Positions 11,017 through 22,257 of a DNA stretch of 64,000 nt are shown here, in pieces. The notes beneath the pieces were generated by a model, which did not search any database, was not told the origin of the DNA, and saw nothing but the letters and a program-made list of their open reading frames with translations. The translations under genes were made by a program, and so were the position numbers. The stretch is taken from NCBI GenBank assembly GCA_964627055.1, contig CAZVGV010000001.1, positions 19,620 to 83,619 of the forward strand, in the 5' to 3' direction. This DNA is from an uncultured Gammaproteobacteria bacterium. Lineage in GTDB: Bacteria > Patescibacteriota > Patescibacteriia > Magasanikbacterales > JBBTQS01. Position 1 is the stretch's first letter. Each line of letters starts with the position of its first letter.

Positions 11017-11736
11017 TTACGGTGCAGGTGCAAGCACGATCGGTGTGGATGTCGTGGTTGCGGGTGCGTCAGCAGGGGATGTTGGTGTATTTTGTGGCAA
11101 GAACACGGTCATTCGCTCTGTTGTTGATCCTCCGAACTTCTTTTTTGCTTGGATAATGAGGGTGTTCATTCCCGTGCGCAACGGAACTTCCTGACGAAAG
11201 TCGCCTTGCGAGTCTGCTAATACGGTAATCCCATTAATTTGGAGTGTTGCGGTTGTATCGGTGAGTCCAGAGATTGTAACACGTGACTCTGCAACGGTAG
11301 ATCCAGATTCCGGGGAAAGTATTGTGAGCATCGGTGGGCGAACAAGTGCATAAACTTGAAACCCGAGGTAGCCAACAATGGCAGCGCATCCGATTGTAAG
11401 CGCGGCGAACCGAGGTGAAAAACCAGAGGCCTTATGTCCAACTTCGCACTCCTTCCACTGCCCAGGTGTTGCATCAATAATGAGTGCCGTATCTGTTTCG
11501 TAGTCGCTAAGTGGAGCTCCAAGAACAGTGAGGATCTTCTGTACGATCGCACGGCGATACATGCCTTCAGGGAGTCGATCGTACTCGCAGGCTTCTAGTG
11601 CACGCAAATGATGGAGCGGTACGTGAGTAGCCCGCGCCAATTCTTCTAATGTATATCGAGATTCTTTACGAAGCGCCTGTATTCGGATACACAATGCGCC
11701 CTCACGCGGAAGTTGCTTCTTTTGAAGCGTTGTCAT
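11017..11736 (-). CDS. RodZ-like protein (N-terminal Cro/XRE-type HTH, one TM segment, extracellular C-terminal domain)
   Basis: HTH region [34 protein letters not shown], followed by a hydrophobic segment and a Thr/Pro-rich tail. Start is uncertain and overlaps the ftsK 3' end. Confidence 0.5.
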   Translation of the reverse strand: MTTLQKKQLPREGALCIRIQALRKESRYTLEELARATHVPLHHLRALEACEYDRLPEGMYRRAIVQKILTVLGAPLSDYETDTALIIDATPGQWKECEVGHKASGFSPRFAALTIGCAAIVGYLGFQVYALVRPPMLTILSPESGSTVAESRVTISGLTDTTATLQINGITVLADSQGDFRQEVPLRTGMNTLIIQAKKKFGGSTTERMTVFLPQNTPTSPADAPATTTSTPIVLAPAP

Positions 11737-14092
11737 ACGGTGGTTCGTCGTCGACCGTCGATGCCTCGTCTTCCTCATCTTCCACAATCACGTCATCGCC
11801 ATCTTCCTCAATCATGTCCATAGATGGCGCATGCAAATCGGAGGTTGGAATGGAAGAGAGTGGAGCATCAGTTGCATCCATTGTAGCAAGTTCCTTCGCT
11901 GTGATCAAAATTTCACGTGGTTTTGCACCATCACCCGGCCCAATAATGCTGGCCTCCTCGAGTTCGTCCAGAACGCGAGCAGCACGTGCATACCCAAGTT
12001 TGAGTCTGCGCTGCAACAGTGAAGCAGAGGCTTTGCCCTCGCGCACCACGAGATCGCGTGCCTCATCAAAGAGTGGATCGTGATCATCATCCTGGCTGCC
12101 AAAAATAGTAGATCCTGTGCCGCCACTGCTTGGACCCTTTTCTGCGATGCTTAAATCGTATTGAGGTGGTTCGTCTTCCTTCACGTAGTTTGCAACCGCC
12201 TTGAGTTCAGTGTCACTGATGTACGCACCCTGGAGACGCTTTGGTTTTCCGAGGTTAGGACTGAGGAATAACATGTCACCACGGCCAAGGAGCTTTTCTG
12301 CACCAGAGATATCGAGAATAGTTCGTGAGTCTACGAGAGAAGCTACCGAGAAGGCAACACGACCCGGGATGTTGGCCTTGATAAGACCTGTGATAACGTC
12401 GACACTTGGTCGTTGTGTCGCGAGAATCAAGTGGATACCGACGGCGCGTGCCATTTGTGCGAGGCGCACAATGCCGGCTTCAACCTCTTTGGGAGACGTG
12501 GTCATGAGGTCAGCCAACTCGTCGATTACGAACACAATGTATGGAAGTTTTTCCTTAGAATCTGCGTTATAGGAAGCAATGTCTCGCTTGCGTGCTGCTG
12601 CAAGCAGATCGAAGCGACGTTCCATTTCTGCAATCGCCCAGCGTAACGCGTTAATGGTCTTCTTTACATCGGTGATAACCGGTGTGAGCAAGTGTGGAAT
12701 TCCGTTGTAGAGTGTCAGTTCAACACGCTTCGGATCTACGAAGATGAAGCGCAGGGTTTCCGGAGTGTTCTGATAGATAAGACTCAAAATAATGGAGTTG
12801 ATGCACACCGTCTTACCAGAACCAGTTGCACCTGCAACGAGCATGTGTGGCATCTTTGTCAGCTCTGCAAACCATACGTGGCCTCCAACATCCTTACCGA
12901 GCGCGATCATCATGTTGTTGTCGCGATTGCGGTATACGTCAGACTCGAAGAGCTCTTTGAGCGTGACCATGGCAATACGCTGGTTTGGTACTTCAATACC
13001 AACGTACGATTCACCAGGAATTGGTGCTTCGATACGGATTGGATGTGCCGCCAATTCGAGTGCCAAGTCGTTCGAAAGTGCCGTGATGCGCGAGAGCTTG
13101 ATACCGCGCATTGGCTTCACTGCGTACTGCGTAATTGTTGGACCAACGCGGACGTCACCCAATTCAACATCCACACCAAATTGTGCAAGAGTGTCTTTGA
13201 TTGCCTGTGCATTTTTCTTAATATCGCCGGCAGTTGGCTTGCTGGAGTTCGTGGTCAGAATAGAAACAGGTGGAAGACCTTTGGTGCTCACCACAGAATA
13301 AGGGTTTGCGCGCAGAGTGCCCGTCTTGGCTGTTGCAGGCGCCAGGCGAGCTGGTTCGTCATGGGTTTCCTCTGCATCGTCCTCTTCCTCTTCTTCCTCA
13401 CCGTCAGGTTCCTCAGCAGCAGCTTTCTTACTGGCTGCATCACCCAGCTTCTTGTTCTGGAATGCAGGTGCTTCTGCGTCATCATCACCTTCGAAGGCAC
13501 CGATAACGCGAACACGTTCTACTTTGCTAGGCTGTAGTGCCGATCCGAAGAAACGGAATGGTGCGGTAAGAAAACGAAACACGCCGTAGAAAAACTGTGC
13601 AATAGCCGAGAGTGTTGTGTTGAACAAGAAAAGCAGGGCGACGAGGGGCAAAATAATGAGGACAATAAGTGACACCCAAAAATCAAATGCCCGCATGAGC
13701 GGGTAACTGAGCACGAGTCCCACGAGACCACCTCCTTCGCCGCGTAAAGCAGCAGCCACCATGTCTGGATCTGCAAGGAAAAGGTGGATGAGCCCAGAAA
13801 GCGAAAGGGTCATGAGTGCAACGCCGATAATGTGGGTTGCACGATATCCATTCGCATCTTCACGCTCGATAAGTACTGCCCACACCACAAGTAAGAGAGG
13901 CATGATGTACTTTGCAATTCCGAAGAAGAGCGAAAAGAATGAATCTACAAATGTTCCGAGCATGCCTGCGCGACCGAAAAAGCTGAGCGCAGCAAGAATT
14001 GCAATAAGAAAGAGAAAAACCGCGAGAATACCCCGCTTGATTTCCGGATTGAGCGTAATGTTCCATCCAGAAGAAGATCGACGATGTGCCAT
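11702..14092 (-). CDS. ftsK: DNA translocase FtsK/SpoIIIE
   Basis: 796 aa with N-terminal TM helices, an acidic linker, a motor domain with Walker A GATGSGKT and a C-terminal winged-helix gamma domain. Confidence 0.9.
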   Translation of the reverse strand: MAHRRSSSGWNITLNPEIKRGILAVFLFLIAILAALSFFGRAGMLGTFVDSFFSLFFGIAKYIMPLLLVVWAVLIEREDANGYRATHIIGVALMTLSLSGLIHLFLADPDMVAAALRGEGGGLVGLVLSYPLMRAFDFWVSLIVLIILPLVALLFLFNTTLSAIAQFFYGVFRFLTAPFRFFGSALQPSKVERVRVIGAFEGDDDAEAPAFQNKKLGDAASKKAAAEEPDGEEEEEEDDAEETHDEPARLAPATAKTGTLRANPYSVVSTKGLPPVSILTTNSSKPTAGDIKKNAQAIKDTLAQFGVDVELGDVRVGPTITQYAVKPMRGIKLSRITALSNDLALELAAHPIRIEAPIPGESYVGIEVPNQRIAMVTLKELFESDVYRNRDNNMMIALGKDVGGHVWFAELTKMPHMLVAGATGSGKTVCINSIILSLIYQNTPETLRFIFVDPKRVELTLYNGIPHLLTPVITDVKKTINALRWAIAEMERRFDLLAAARKRDIASYNADSKEKLPYIVFVIDELADLMTTSPKEVEAGIVRLAQMARAVGIHLILATQRPSVDVITGLIKANIPGRVAFSVASLVDSRTILDISGAEKLLGRGDMLFLSPNLGKPKRLQGAYISDTELKAVANYVKEDEPPQYDLSIAEKGPSSGGTGSTIFGSQDDDHDPLFDEARDLVVREGKASASLLQRRLKLGYARAARVLDELEEASIIGPGDGAKPREILITAKELATMDATDAPLSSIPTSDLHAPSMDMIEEDGDDVIVEDEEDEASTVDDEPPYDNASKEATSA

Positions 14093-14728
14093 AGGCGAAA
14101 ATGTACGCCCAGTATAGCAAAAAGTAATAAAAAAATCTCCTCCTTTGGGCTGCGAGTCGCTACCACACCAAGTTGAATCACACGAAAGGAGAAAGTGACT
14201 ACATACCCGTCAGGGTGTGTAGCGAGGAGAGAGTTGTACTTTCTCGTCTCTCACGTAATGCGGTGTATAGAGAATCGCAGCCCAAAAAAGAAGATCAAAT
14301 TGCATCCATATTCTACCGCGCACACCAACGATGTCAAGCAAACAAAAAGTGCCACCAAGGCGCAAGGCAGATGGGCATTGAATGGAGGATGTAAGGACCA
14401 AGACAGATGCCCGGGGGTGCCCTGCGCCCTAGCGGCACAGGCTTGTGGTGATTGTCCATCGAGAAATGTGCGGAGAGGAAACGATGGTGAGCAGCAACGC
14501 TACTCCCTGTCGCATCAGCGCCCTCAGCAGGTGATGTACAGCCGGAGCCGTTCATTCCTACGTCAGTTGCTACACACGTTCCATTTCGTGGTCCGTGCGC
14601 CCCTCTCCCCGCACCTTTCTCCATGGGATGAAAAGAACGTCGGAATATACCACGCCCCTTGAGCCTTGTCAAGTACCCAGTGGACATTACAAACTGTGGA
14701 TAAATACTAGGTTATCCCATTTGACAGG

Positions 14729-14757
14729 GACAAATCAGTGCCGTATAGTAGTGCTCG
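14729..14757 (+). promoter_or_regulatory. Predicted sigma70-type promoter for rpoBC (TTGACA-17 bp-TATAGT)
   Basis: Consensus -35 TTGACA at 14729..14734 and -10 TATAGT at 14752..14757, about 135 bp upstream of the rpoB start. Confidence 0.4.
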
Positions 14758-14891
14758 ACTCGCGGAGGAGCCTTTGGAACCTCTGCGTGCAAGGAAAATT
14801 CCATGTCAACCTTGCAGAAATTTGTCCAAAATTTGCGAGAATTTTAGAAAGAGCCCGATCGGTCGTCGGGTGATTTTTCGTATTTACCCCC

Positions 14892-17800
14892 TTGCCTATG
14901 CAGTACAAGCGCAACCGCAACATGGCGGCAGAGCGGAAGTATTTCACCTCCGTTCTCCCAGCGATGGAGACACCGGATCTGATTCAGATCCAAAACACGT
15001 CGTACAAGTGGTTCTTCGACAAGGGGATCCGCGAATTGTTCGAGGAAATTTCCCCGATCAAGGATTTCACAGGCCGTGACCTGGCGCTTTCGTTTGAGGA
15101 TTACTACCTCGACGAGCCGAAGTTCGACGAAATGCAGTGCCGAAAGAAGAACATCACGTTCGAGGCACCACTTCGCGTCAAGACACGTCTTGTGAACAAC
15201 CGCACCAAGGACGAGAAGGTGCAGGAAGTGTATTTGGGCGATGTACCTATCATGACTGACCGCGGTACCTTCATTGTGAACGGTATCGAACGTGTCATTG
15301 TTTCGCAGCTTATTCGCTCCCCAGGTGCGTTCTTCACCTCTGAGAACGTACGTGGACGCAAGTTCTACGGCGCAAAAATCATCCCAAACCGCGGTGCTTG
15401 GATCGAAATCGAAACCGACAGCAACAACGTACTTTGGGTAAAGGTAGACCGTAAGCGTAAGGTGGCTGCAACCACGCTCTTGCGTGCGTTTGGCTACTCG
15501 GAATCTGAAGAAATCCGCAAGCTCCTCAAGGACGTTAACACCCACCCACAGATTGACTACGTCGAGGCAACGCTCAAGAAGGACTCTGCAAGCAACGAAG
15601 ATGAAGGTCTCCAGGAAGTATACAAGCGTATTCGTCCAGGTGATCTCGCAACCGTAGACAACGCACGCTCGCTCATCCACGCGATGTTCTTCAACTTCGA
15701 TCGCTACGATCTCGGTCGCGTGGGTCGCTACAAGATGAATGAGCGCTTCTCCATGCCAACAGTTGAGGCAGACCTCGAAGGCAAGGCAGCGCGCACGACC
15801 CGTATTCTCACTAAGGAAGATATTCTTCGTATCATTCGCGAAGTGATCCGTCTCAATGTGAGCCAGGAAGAAGCGGATGATATTGACCACCTGGGCAACC
15901 GTCGCATCCGTGCGATTGGTGAGCTTGTACAGAACCGTTTCCGTATCGGTCTCTCTCGCATGGAGCGCATTGTGAAGGATCGCATGAGCACCTACGAGAT
16001 TGAAGGACTCACTCCAAGCAAACTTATCAACGCTCGCCCAGTGATCGGCGCAGTGCGTGAGTTCTTTATGAGCTCGCAGCTTTCGCAGTTCATGGACCAG
16101 ACCAACCCACTTGCAGAACTTGAACATAAGCGCCGTCTTTCGGCTCTTGGGCCTGGTGGTCTCTCCCGCGATCGTGCAGGGTTCGATGTTCGTGACGTGC
16201 ACCCAACGCACTACGGACGTATTTGTCCTATTGCAACTCCTGAAGGACCGAACATTGGTCTTGTAGGTCACCTTGCTTCATATGCAATCGTGAATGACTA
16301 CGGATTCATTGAGACTCCGTACCGTAAGGTAGTACAAGAGAAGGGTCGCGCACGCGTGACCGATGAAATCGTATACCTCAACGCATTCCAGGAAGAGAAG
16401 TCGGTAACCACTATTGCAACGACACCAGTAGATGAAAAGGGATACTTCATTGATACAAAGGCCCCAGTTCGCCGTCACGGTGAGCCAGGGTTCGAAGATG
16501 TGACCAACATCGACTACATGGATGTAGCAAGCAACCAGATTATCTCGATTGCTACCTCCATGATTCCGTTCCTTGAGCACGACGATGCAACGCGTGCGCT
16601 CATGGGAACGAACATGCAACGTCAGGCAGTACCATGTATCACACCAGACGCTCCATTTGTTGGAACGGGTGTAGAAAAGACTGCTGCGCGCTACTCTGGC
16701 CACGTACTCTTTGCAGAGGAAGATGGTGAAGTGGTGTCGGTAGATGGTACGCAGGTAACGATCAAGTACAAGAAGAAGGGTGAGAAGAAGATCGTGCTTA
16801 ACAAGTACTTGCGCAGCAACCACTCCACCGCAATCAACCAGCGTCCTATTGTACGCCCTGGTCAGAAGGTGAAGGCGGGTGACGCACTTGTAGATGGACC
16901 ATCCACAGAGAACGGTGAACTTGCTCTTGGTCAGAACGTACTTGTGGCATACATGGTTTGGGATGGCTTCAACTACGAAGACGCTGTCATTATTTCTGAG
17001 CGTCTCGTACACAACGATCGATTCACCTCGATTCACATCGAGGACTACATGGTCGATGTGCGCGAAACCAAGCTCGGGCCTGAAATGGTTACCTCTGATA
17101 TCCCGAACGTTTCGGAAGAGAAGCTGAAGAACCTCGACTCCGAAGGTGTTGTCCGCATCGGTGCAGAAGTGAAGTCCGGCGACATCCTCGTAGGTAAGAT
17201 CACACCAAAGGGCGAAACCGAACTTTCTGCGGAAGAAAAGCTACTTCGCGCGATCTTCGGTGAAAAGGCACGTGATGTACGTGACTCTTCGAAGTACCTC
17301 GAACACGGTGAACACGGTAAGGTAATCGAGATCAAGACCTTCAGTGCAGACGACGGCGACAAATTGCAGCCAGGTGTTATCAAGCAGCTCCAGGTTACGG
17401 TTGCTGACATGCGTAAGGTGCAGGTAGGTGACAAGGTTGCAGGTCGCCACGGTAACAAGGGTGTTATTTCCCGCGTTGTTCCAGTGGAAGACATGCCATT
17501 CCTTCCAGATGGTACACCTGTAGACATTATTCTCTCGCCGCTGGGTGTCATCTCGCGTATGAACCTCGGTCAGATTCTCGAGAACCATGCAGGTCTTGCA
17601 GCAAATGCGCATGGTCATCGCGTAGCTACGCCACCACTTAACGGTCTTACTGAAGAGCAGATCAAGGAGTTGCTTGAGAAGGCAGGCTTGCCAGTAAATG
17701 GTCAGGCGCAGCTTCTCGACGGCCGCACCGGTGAACCGTTTGATCACAAGACAACGGTTGGATACACGTACGTGCTCAAGCTCAACCACATGGTTGAAGA

Positions 17801-18176
17801 CAAGATTCACCAGCGTTCTATCGGACCATACTCGCTCGTATCGCAGCAGCCACTTGGTGGTAAGGCACAGTTTGGTGGTCAGCGCTTCGGAGAAATGGAA
17901 GTGTGGGCACTTGAAGCGTACGGTGCTGCAAATACCTTGCAGGAAATTCTTACGATCAAGTCAGACGATGTTCCAGGCCGCAGCAAGGCATACGAATCAA
18001 TTATCAAGGGCGAATCCATCACGCGCATCAACATTCCAGAATCCTTCCACGTACTTACACGTGAATTGAAGGGTCTCTGTCTCGATGTTGAATTGCTCAA
18101 GCGCGATGGCGACACGTATACCCCGCTCACCGAAGAGGAAGAGATGGGTGCATACGATGAAGATCGTTCACGCTAA
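14892..18176 (+). CDS. rpoB: DNA-directed RNA polymerase subunit beta
   Basis: 1094 aa with unmistakable beta-subunit blocks (RSPGAFF, GNRRIR, NMQRQAVP, the GDKVAGRHGNKGV region, etc.). Short form without lineage-specific insertions. Confidence 0.95.
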   Translation: MPMQYKRNRNMAAERKYFTSVLPAMETPDLIQIQNTSYKWFFDKGIRELFEEISPIKDFTGRDLALSFEDYYLDEPKFDEMQCRKKNITFEAPLRVKTRLVNNRTKDEKVQEVYLGDVPIMTDRGTFIVNGIERVIVSQLIRSPGAFFTSENVRGRKFYGAKIIPNRGAWIEIETDSNNVLWVKVDRKRKVAATTLLRAFGYSESEEIRKLLKDVNTHPQIDYVEATLKKDSASNEDEGLQEVYKRIRPGDLATVDNARSLIHAMFFNFDRYDLGRVGRYKMNERFSMPTVEADLEGKAARTTRILTKEDILRIIREVIRLNVSQEEADDIDHLGNRRIRAIGELVQNRFRIGLSRMERIVKDRMSTYEIEGLTPSKLINARPVIGAVREFFMSSQLSQFMDQTNPLAELEHKRRLSALGPGGLSRDRAGFDVRDVHPTHYGRICPIATPEGPNIGLVGHLASYAIVNDYGFIETPYRKVVQEKGRARVTDEIVYLNAFQEEKSVTTIATTPVDEKGYFIDTKAPVRRHGEPGFEDVTNIDYMDVASNQIISIATSMIPFLEHDDATRALMGTNMQRQAVPCITPDAPFVGTGVEKTAARYSGHVLFAEEDGEVVSVDGTQVTIKYKKKGEKKIVLNKYLRSNHSTAINQRPIVRPGQKVKAGDALVDGPSTENGELALGQNVLVAYMVWDGFNYEDAVIISERLVHNDRFTSIHIEDYMVDVRETKLGPEMVTSDIPNVSEEKLKNLDSEGVVRIGAEVKSGDILVGKITPKGETELSAEEKLLRAIFGEKARDVRDSSKYLEHGEHGKVIEIKTFSADDGDKLQPGVIKQLQVTVADMRKVQVGDKVAGRHGNKGVISRVVPVEDMPFLPDGTPVDIILSPLGVISRMNLGQILENHAGLAANAHGHRVATPPLNGLTEEQIKELLEKAGLPVNGQAQLLDGRTGEPFDHKTTVGYTYVLKLNHMVEDKIHQRSIGPYSLVSQQPLGGKAQFGGQRFGEMEVWALEAYGAANTLQEILTIKSDDVPGRSKAYESIIKGESITRINIPESFHVLTRELKGLCLDVELLKRDGDTYTPLTEEEEMGAYDEDRSR

Positions 18177-18187
18177 CGCTCACCACT

Positions 18188-21100
18188 ATGATGCATACCG
18201 ATACAATGCACACCATGGAATTTGACGCGATTCGCTTGCGCGTCGCTTCCCCCGAAGTTATTCGCGGTTGGAGCAGTGGTGAAGTTGCAAAGCCAGAAAC
18301 CATCAACTACCGCACCCAGAAGCCAGAAAAGGGCGGTCTCTTCGCCGAAGAAATCTTCGGACCAACGAAGGATTGGGAGTGTTACTGTGGTAAGTACAAG
18401 AAGATCCGCTACAAGGGGATTGTGTGTGACAAGTGTGGTGTAGAAGTGACGCACTCGTTGGTTCGCCGCGAGCGCATGGGCCACATCGAACTTGCTGCAC
18501 CAGTGGCACATATCTGGTTCCTCCGCTCGATTCCGTCGAAGATTGGTACTATTTTGGATCTCTCTATTCAGACATTGGAGAAGGTGATTTACTTCGCCAA
18601 CTTCATCGTGACTGATGTAGATACAAAGTTGCAGGAGGAGACGCTTGAGATGCTCAAGGAAGAATACAAGAGCAAGCGCAAGCAGATCATGGGCGAGTTC
18701 AAGCAGAAGGCAGATGCAGCGCGCGAGAAGAAGGGCGACGTAACAGCGGTAGAGAAGGAAGGCGAAGAAACGCTTGCAGCACTTGAAGAGGATTACGTGC
18801 TCACGGAGCGCGAAATCAAAGAGCTTGCTCCATTGCGCATTCTCTCCGAGACAGACTACCAGGAGTTGTCCATGCGTTATGGTCATATCTTTGATGCACA
18901 GATCGGTGCAGATGCAATTCAGTATCTCTTGAAGCGTCTCGACATTCCGAAGACCATTGAAGCACTTGAAGTAGAAGTGAAGGAGAACAAGACAGCAAAG
19001 CGCGATAAGTTGATCCGCCGTCTCAAGCTCCTCAAGTCACTTCACATCAACGAGATCTCTCCTTGGTGGATGATCCTCAACGTGATTCCGGTGATCCCAC
19101 CAGACTTGCGTCCGATGGTTGCGCTCGACGGTGGACGATTTGCTACGTCTGACCTTAACGATCTCTATCGCCGTGTAATCAACCGCAACAATCGTCTCAA
19201 GCGCTTGCTCGAACTCAATGCGCCAGAAGTTATTGTGCGCAACGAAAAGCGCATGTTGCAGGAGGCTATCGACGCGCTCATCGACAACGATGCACGTCGC
19301 AGCAAGACCGTTACAGCGTCGACCGGTCAGCGCCGCAAGCTTCGCTCCATTGCTGACCTTCTCAAGGGTAAGCAGGGACGCTTCCGCCAGAACTTGCTTG
19401 GTAAGCGTACTGACTACTCTGGACGTTCGGTAATCGTTGTAGGTCCGAACATGCAGATGAATGAGTGTGGTATTCCAAAGCGCATGGCATTGGAACTCTT
19501 CAAGCCATTCGTGATGAGTGAAATCATCAAGCGCGGTCATGCACACAACGTTCGCTCTGCATCACGATTTATCGAGGCAGATCACGATGAAGTGTGGGAC
19601 ATTCTTGAAGAAGTGACAGCGAATACGCGCGTACTTCTCAACCGTGCTCCGACCCTTCACCGTCTCGGTATCCAGGCATTCAAGCCACGTCTCATTGAAG
19701 GTAAGGCAATTCGTATCCATCCGCTCGTATGTACTGCGTTCAACGCTGACTTCGACGGTGACCAAATGGCTGTGCACGTACCACTTACCGAACAGGCAAA
19801 GTGGGAAGCGGAGCATCTCATGGCAGCAGAGCGCAACATTTTGAAGCCTGCAACTGGTCAGCCAATTGCAACACCAAAGCAGGACATCGTGCTCGGTGCA
19901 TTCTACATGACCACTATGCGCCCTGTAGAAGCTGATGTGCCGAAGGAAAAGATGAAGCGTTTTTCCTCTGTGCAGGAAGCCCGCCTCGCATACAAGATGC
20001 GCATTATCGCACTCCAGCAGCCTATCGAAGTGTACTTCGACGGCGCTGATTGCAAGCGCATTGGTGAAGGTGTGCCAACACGCATGGTGACCACGATTGG
20101 TCGCGTTGCGTTCAACGATGTGTTGCCAGCATCCCTTCCTTGGTACAACGAAGTAGTTACTGCAAAGAAGCTTGGTACGATCGTTCGTCTCGTGCTCGAA
20201 AAGGAAGGTGTAGAGAACACCGCACGCATGCTCGACGGTATTAAGGATCTTGGGTTCAAGTATGTAACCAAGTCTGGATACTCGCTCGGTATGGACGACT
20301 TCCCACGTGTTCCAGAAAAGCAGGCGTTGCTCGACGAAGGTGACAACTCCGTTGCCGAGATCGAAGAGCAGTACCAGGATGGTCTTCTCACCCAGAACGA
20401 ACGCTACACGAAGATCATCGGTGTTTGGACAGATATCAAGGATCGCGTTTTGAAGCACAACCGTAACTCGCTCCACCCATTTGGACCAGTATTTGCCATG
20501 ATTGAATCAGGTGCTCGTGGTTCATGGGGACAGCTGGGTCAGGTGATTGGTATGAAGGGTCTCGTAAGTAACCCAGCTGGTGACATTATCGAACTTCCAG
20601 TAAAGGGTAACTTCAAAGAAGGCTTCTCGGTACTTGAGTTCTTCATCTCGTCCCACGGTGTACGTAAGGGTCTTACTGATACTGCGCTTCGTACCGCTAA
20701 CGCTGGATACCTCACACGCCGTCTCGTAGACGTTGCACAGGATGTAGTGGTATTGGCTGAGGACTGCGGCACACTCGAGGGAGTTATCGTGACTCGCGAA
20801 GAGTCTGAGCGCGAAATGGGTGAAACACTCTCCGAGCGTGTACAGGGACGCTATACCATGTCTGATGTCGTGAACCCACAGACGAAGCAGCTCATTGTTG
20901 CAGGTGGCGAGATGATTCTCGAACCACATGCACGTGAACTCGAAGCGTCTGGTGTACAGGAAGTACACGTACGCACTGTCTTCAAGTGTCTCTTGCCTAA
21001 GGGTGTGTGCTCGCGTTGCTACGGCGTGGATATGGCGCATAACAAGCCAGCACAGATGGGTACCGCTGTTGGTATCATCGCTGCGCAGTCAATCGGTGAA

Positions 21101-22168
21101 CCTGGTACACAGCTCACCATGCGTACCTTCCATACTGGTGGTGTCGCAGGACAGGACATTACACAGGGTCTTCCACGTGTAGACGAACTCTTCGAAGCTC
21201 GCTCACCGAAGAAGAAGGCATTTGTGGCAGAAGTTGGTGGTATCGCACACATTGAATCTGCAGAAGGCAAGATCATCGAGCATAATGGAAAGCGTATCTT
21301 CGAAGGCCGCCGTGGTCAGAAGATCGTGAACATTGCGTACGATGGTGTGCGCGAAGATTCATTCCCAGTTACAGACAAGGATACGATCCATGCTATTGAT
21401 GGTAAGGGTGTTGCCGCAGGCGATCTTCTCATCGAGAAGGCTGATGGTACCAAGATCGTGGCTCCAATCGCAGGGATGATCCGCGTGCAGAAGAAGGCGG
21501 TTACGCTTTCAGGAACTGGTTCGACCAGCAAGGAGTACATCATCCCATTGGGATTCAAGATTCTTGTGTCCGAGGGTGACATGGTGAACGTCGGTGATGC
21601 ACTTACCGAAGGTCACATGGATCTCCAGCAGCTCTTCGAACTCAAGGGCAAGGAAGCAGTCCAGCGCTACATCCTCAAGGAAATTCAGGACATCTACGCT
21701 TCGCAGGGTCAGAAGCTCAATGACAAGCACATTGAGATCATTATCCGCTCGATGTTCTCCCGCGTACTTGTTGAAGACGCTGGTGACACCGATCTTATCC
21801 CAGGTGAAGTGGTAGAAAAGGCACAGTGGTCTGCAGCAAACGCAGAGCTCGAGAAGGGACAGAAGAAGGCAGTAGTGAAGGAATTGTTCCTCGGTATCTC
21901 TCGTGTTTCGCTCTCGACCCAGAGCTTCCTCTCATCCGCATCATTCCAGGAGACTGCAAAGGTGCTCATCAATGCAGCAGTTACCGGAAAGGTGGACTAC
22001 CTCGAAGGTCTCAAGGAAAACGTTATCATCGGTCGTAAGATCCCAGCTGGTACTGGTTTCTCCGGTGGCATCAGTGCGCAAGAACTTGCAACCGCAGCTC
22101 GCGGATTCAAGTCTGCAGCAGCGATGGCCTACGCAGAAGCAGCCCCAGAGGCACCTGCAGCCGAATAA
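18188..22168 (+). CDS. rpoC: DNA-directed RNA polymerase subunit beta-prime
   Basis: 1326 aa with the Zn-ribbon CYCGKYKK...CDKCGVEV, catalytic NADFDGDQMAVH, bridge helix and trigger loop. Confidence 0.95.
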   Translation: MMHTDTMHTMEFDAIRLRVASPEVIRGWSSGEVAKPETINYRTQKPEKGGLFAEEIFGPTKDWECYCGKYKKIRYKGIVCDKCGVEVTHSLVRRERMGHIELAAPVAHIWFLRSIPSKIGTILDLSIQTLEKVIYFANFIVTDVDTKLQEETLEMLKEEYKSKRKQIMGEFKQKADAAREKKGDVTAVEKEGEETLAALEEDYVLTEREIKELAPLRILSETDYQELSMRYGHIFDAQIGADAIQYLLKRLDIPKTIEALEVEVKENKTAKRDKLIRRLKLLKSLHINEISPWWMILNVIPVIPPDLRPMVALDGGRFATSDLNDLYRRVINRNNRLKRLLELNAPEVIVRNEKRMLQEAIDALIDNDARRSKTVTASTGQRRKLRSIADLLKGKQGRFRQNLLGKRTDYSGRSVIVVGPNMQMNECGIPKRMALELFKPFVMSEIIKRGHAHNVRSASRFIEADHDEVWDILEEVTANTRVLLNRAPTLHRLGIQAFKPRLIEGKAIRIHPLVCTAFNADFDGDQMAVHVPLTEQAKWEAEHLMAAERNILKPATGQPIATPKQDIVLGAFYMTTMRPVEADVPKEKMKRFSSVQEARLAYKMRIIALQQPIEVYFDGADCKRIGEGVPTRMVTTIGRVAFNDVLPASLPWYNEVVTAKKLGTIVRLVLEKEGVENTARMLDGIKDLGFKYVTKSGYSLGMDDFPRVPEKQALLDEGDNSVAEIEEQYQDGLLTQNERYTKIIGVWTDIKDRVLKHNRNSLHPFGPVFAMIESGARGSWGQLGQVIGMKGLVSNPAGDIIELPVKGNFKEGFSVLEFFISSHGVRKGLTDTALRTANAGYLTRRLVDVAQDVVVLAEDCGTLEGVIVTREESEREMGETLSERVQGRYTMSDVVNPQTKQLIVAGGEMILEPHARELEASGVQEVHVRTVFKCLLPKGVCSRCYGVDMAHNKPAQMGTAVGIIAAQSIGEPGTQLTMRTFHTGGVAGQDITQGLPRVDELFEARSPKKKAFVAEVGGIAHIESAEGKIIEHNGKRIFEGRRGQKIVNIAYDGVREDSFPVTDKDTIHAIDGKGVAAGDLLIEKADGTKIVAPIAGMIRVQKKAVTLSGTGSTSKEYIIPLGFKILVSEGDMVNVGDALTEGHMDLQQLFELKGKEAVQRYILKEIQDIYASQGQKLNDKHIEIIIRSMFSRVLVEDAGDTDLIPGEVVEKAQWSAANAELEKGQKKAVVKELFLGISRVSLSTQSFLSSASFQETAKVLINAAVTGKVDYLEGLKENVIIGRKIPAGTGFSGGISAQELATAARGFKSAAAMAYAEAAPEAPAAE

Positions 22169-22187
22169 ACAAAACGTGCTATATACC

Positions 22188-22220
22188 AACACCCGCCCAC
22201 AAGGCGGGTGTTGGCGTTTT
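22188..22220 (+). terminator. Intrinsic terminator after rpoC
   Basis: Stem CAACACCCGCC, loop CACAA, stem GGCGGGTGTTG, followed by GCGTTTT. Confidence 0.6.
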
Positions 22221-22257
22221 GCCTCCGAATTGCTAAGGTGTGGGTGAACCAAAAACT

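Noticed and set aside
14195-14687. ORFs 14195..14662 (+) and 14334..14687 (-) in the rpoB upstream region
   Set aside because: They overlap each other on opposite strands and are low-complexity and Cys/Arg/Pro-rich with no ribosome-binding sites. The region is more plausibly non-coding (promoter/leader, possible ncRNA).
14093-14891. RNase P RNA, tmRNA or SRP RNA in the rpoB upstream region
   Set aside because: By eye, none of the conserved primary-sequence hallmarks is present (RNase P P4 AAAGTCCGG-type motif, tmRNA tRNA-like 3' end and tag ORF, SRP domain-IV GAAGGAAGCAGC). A covariance-model search would be needed to exclude divergent forms.
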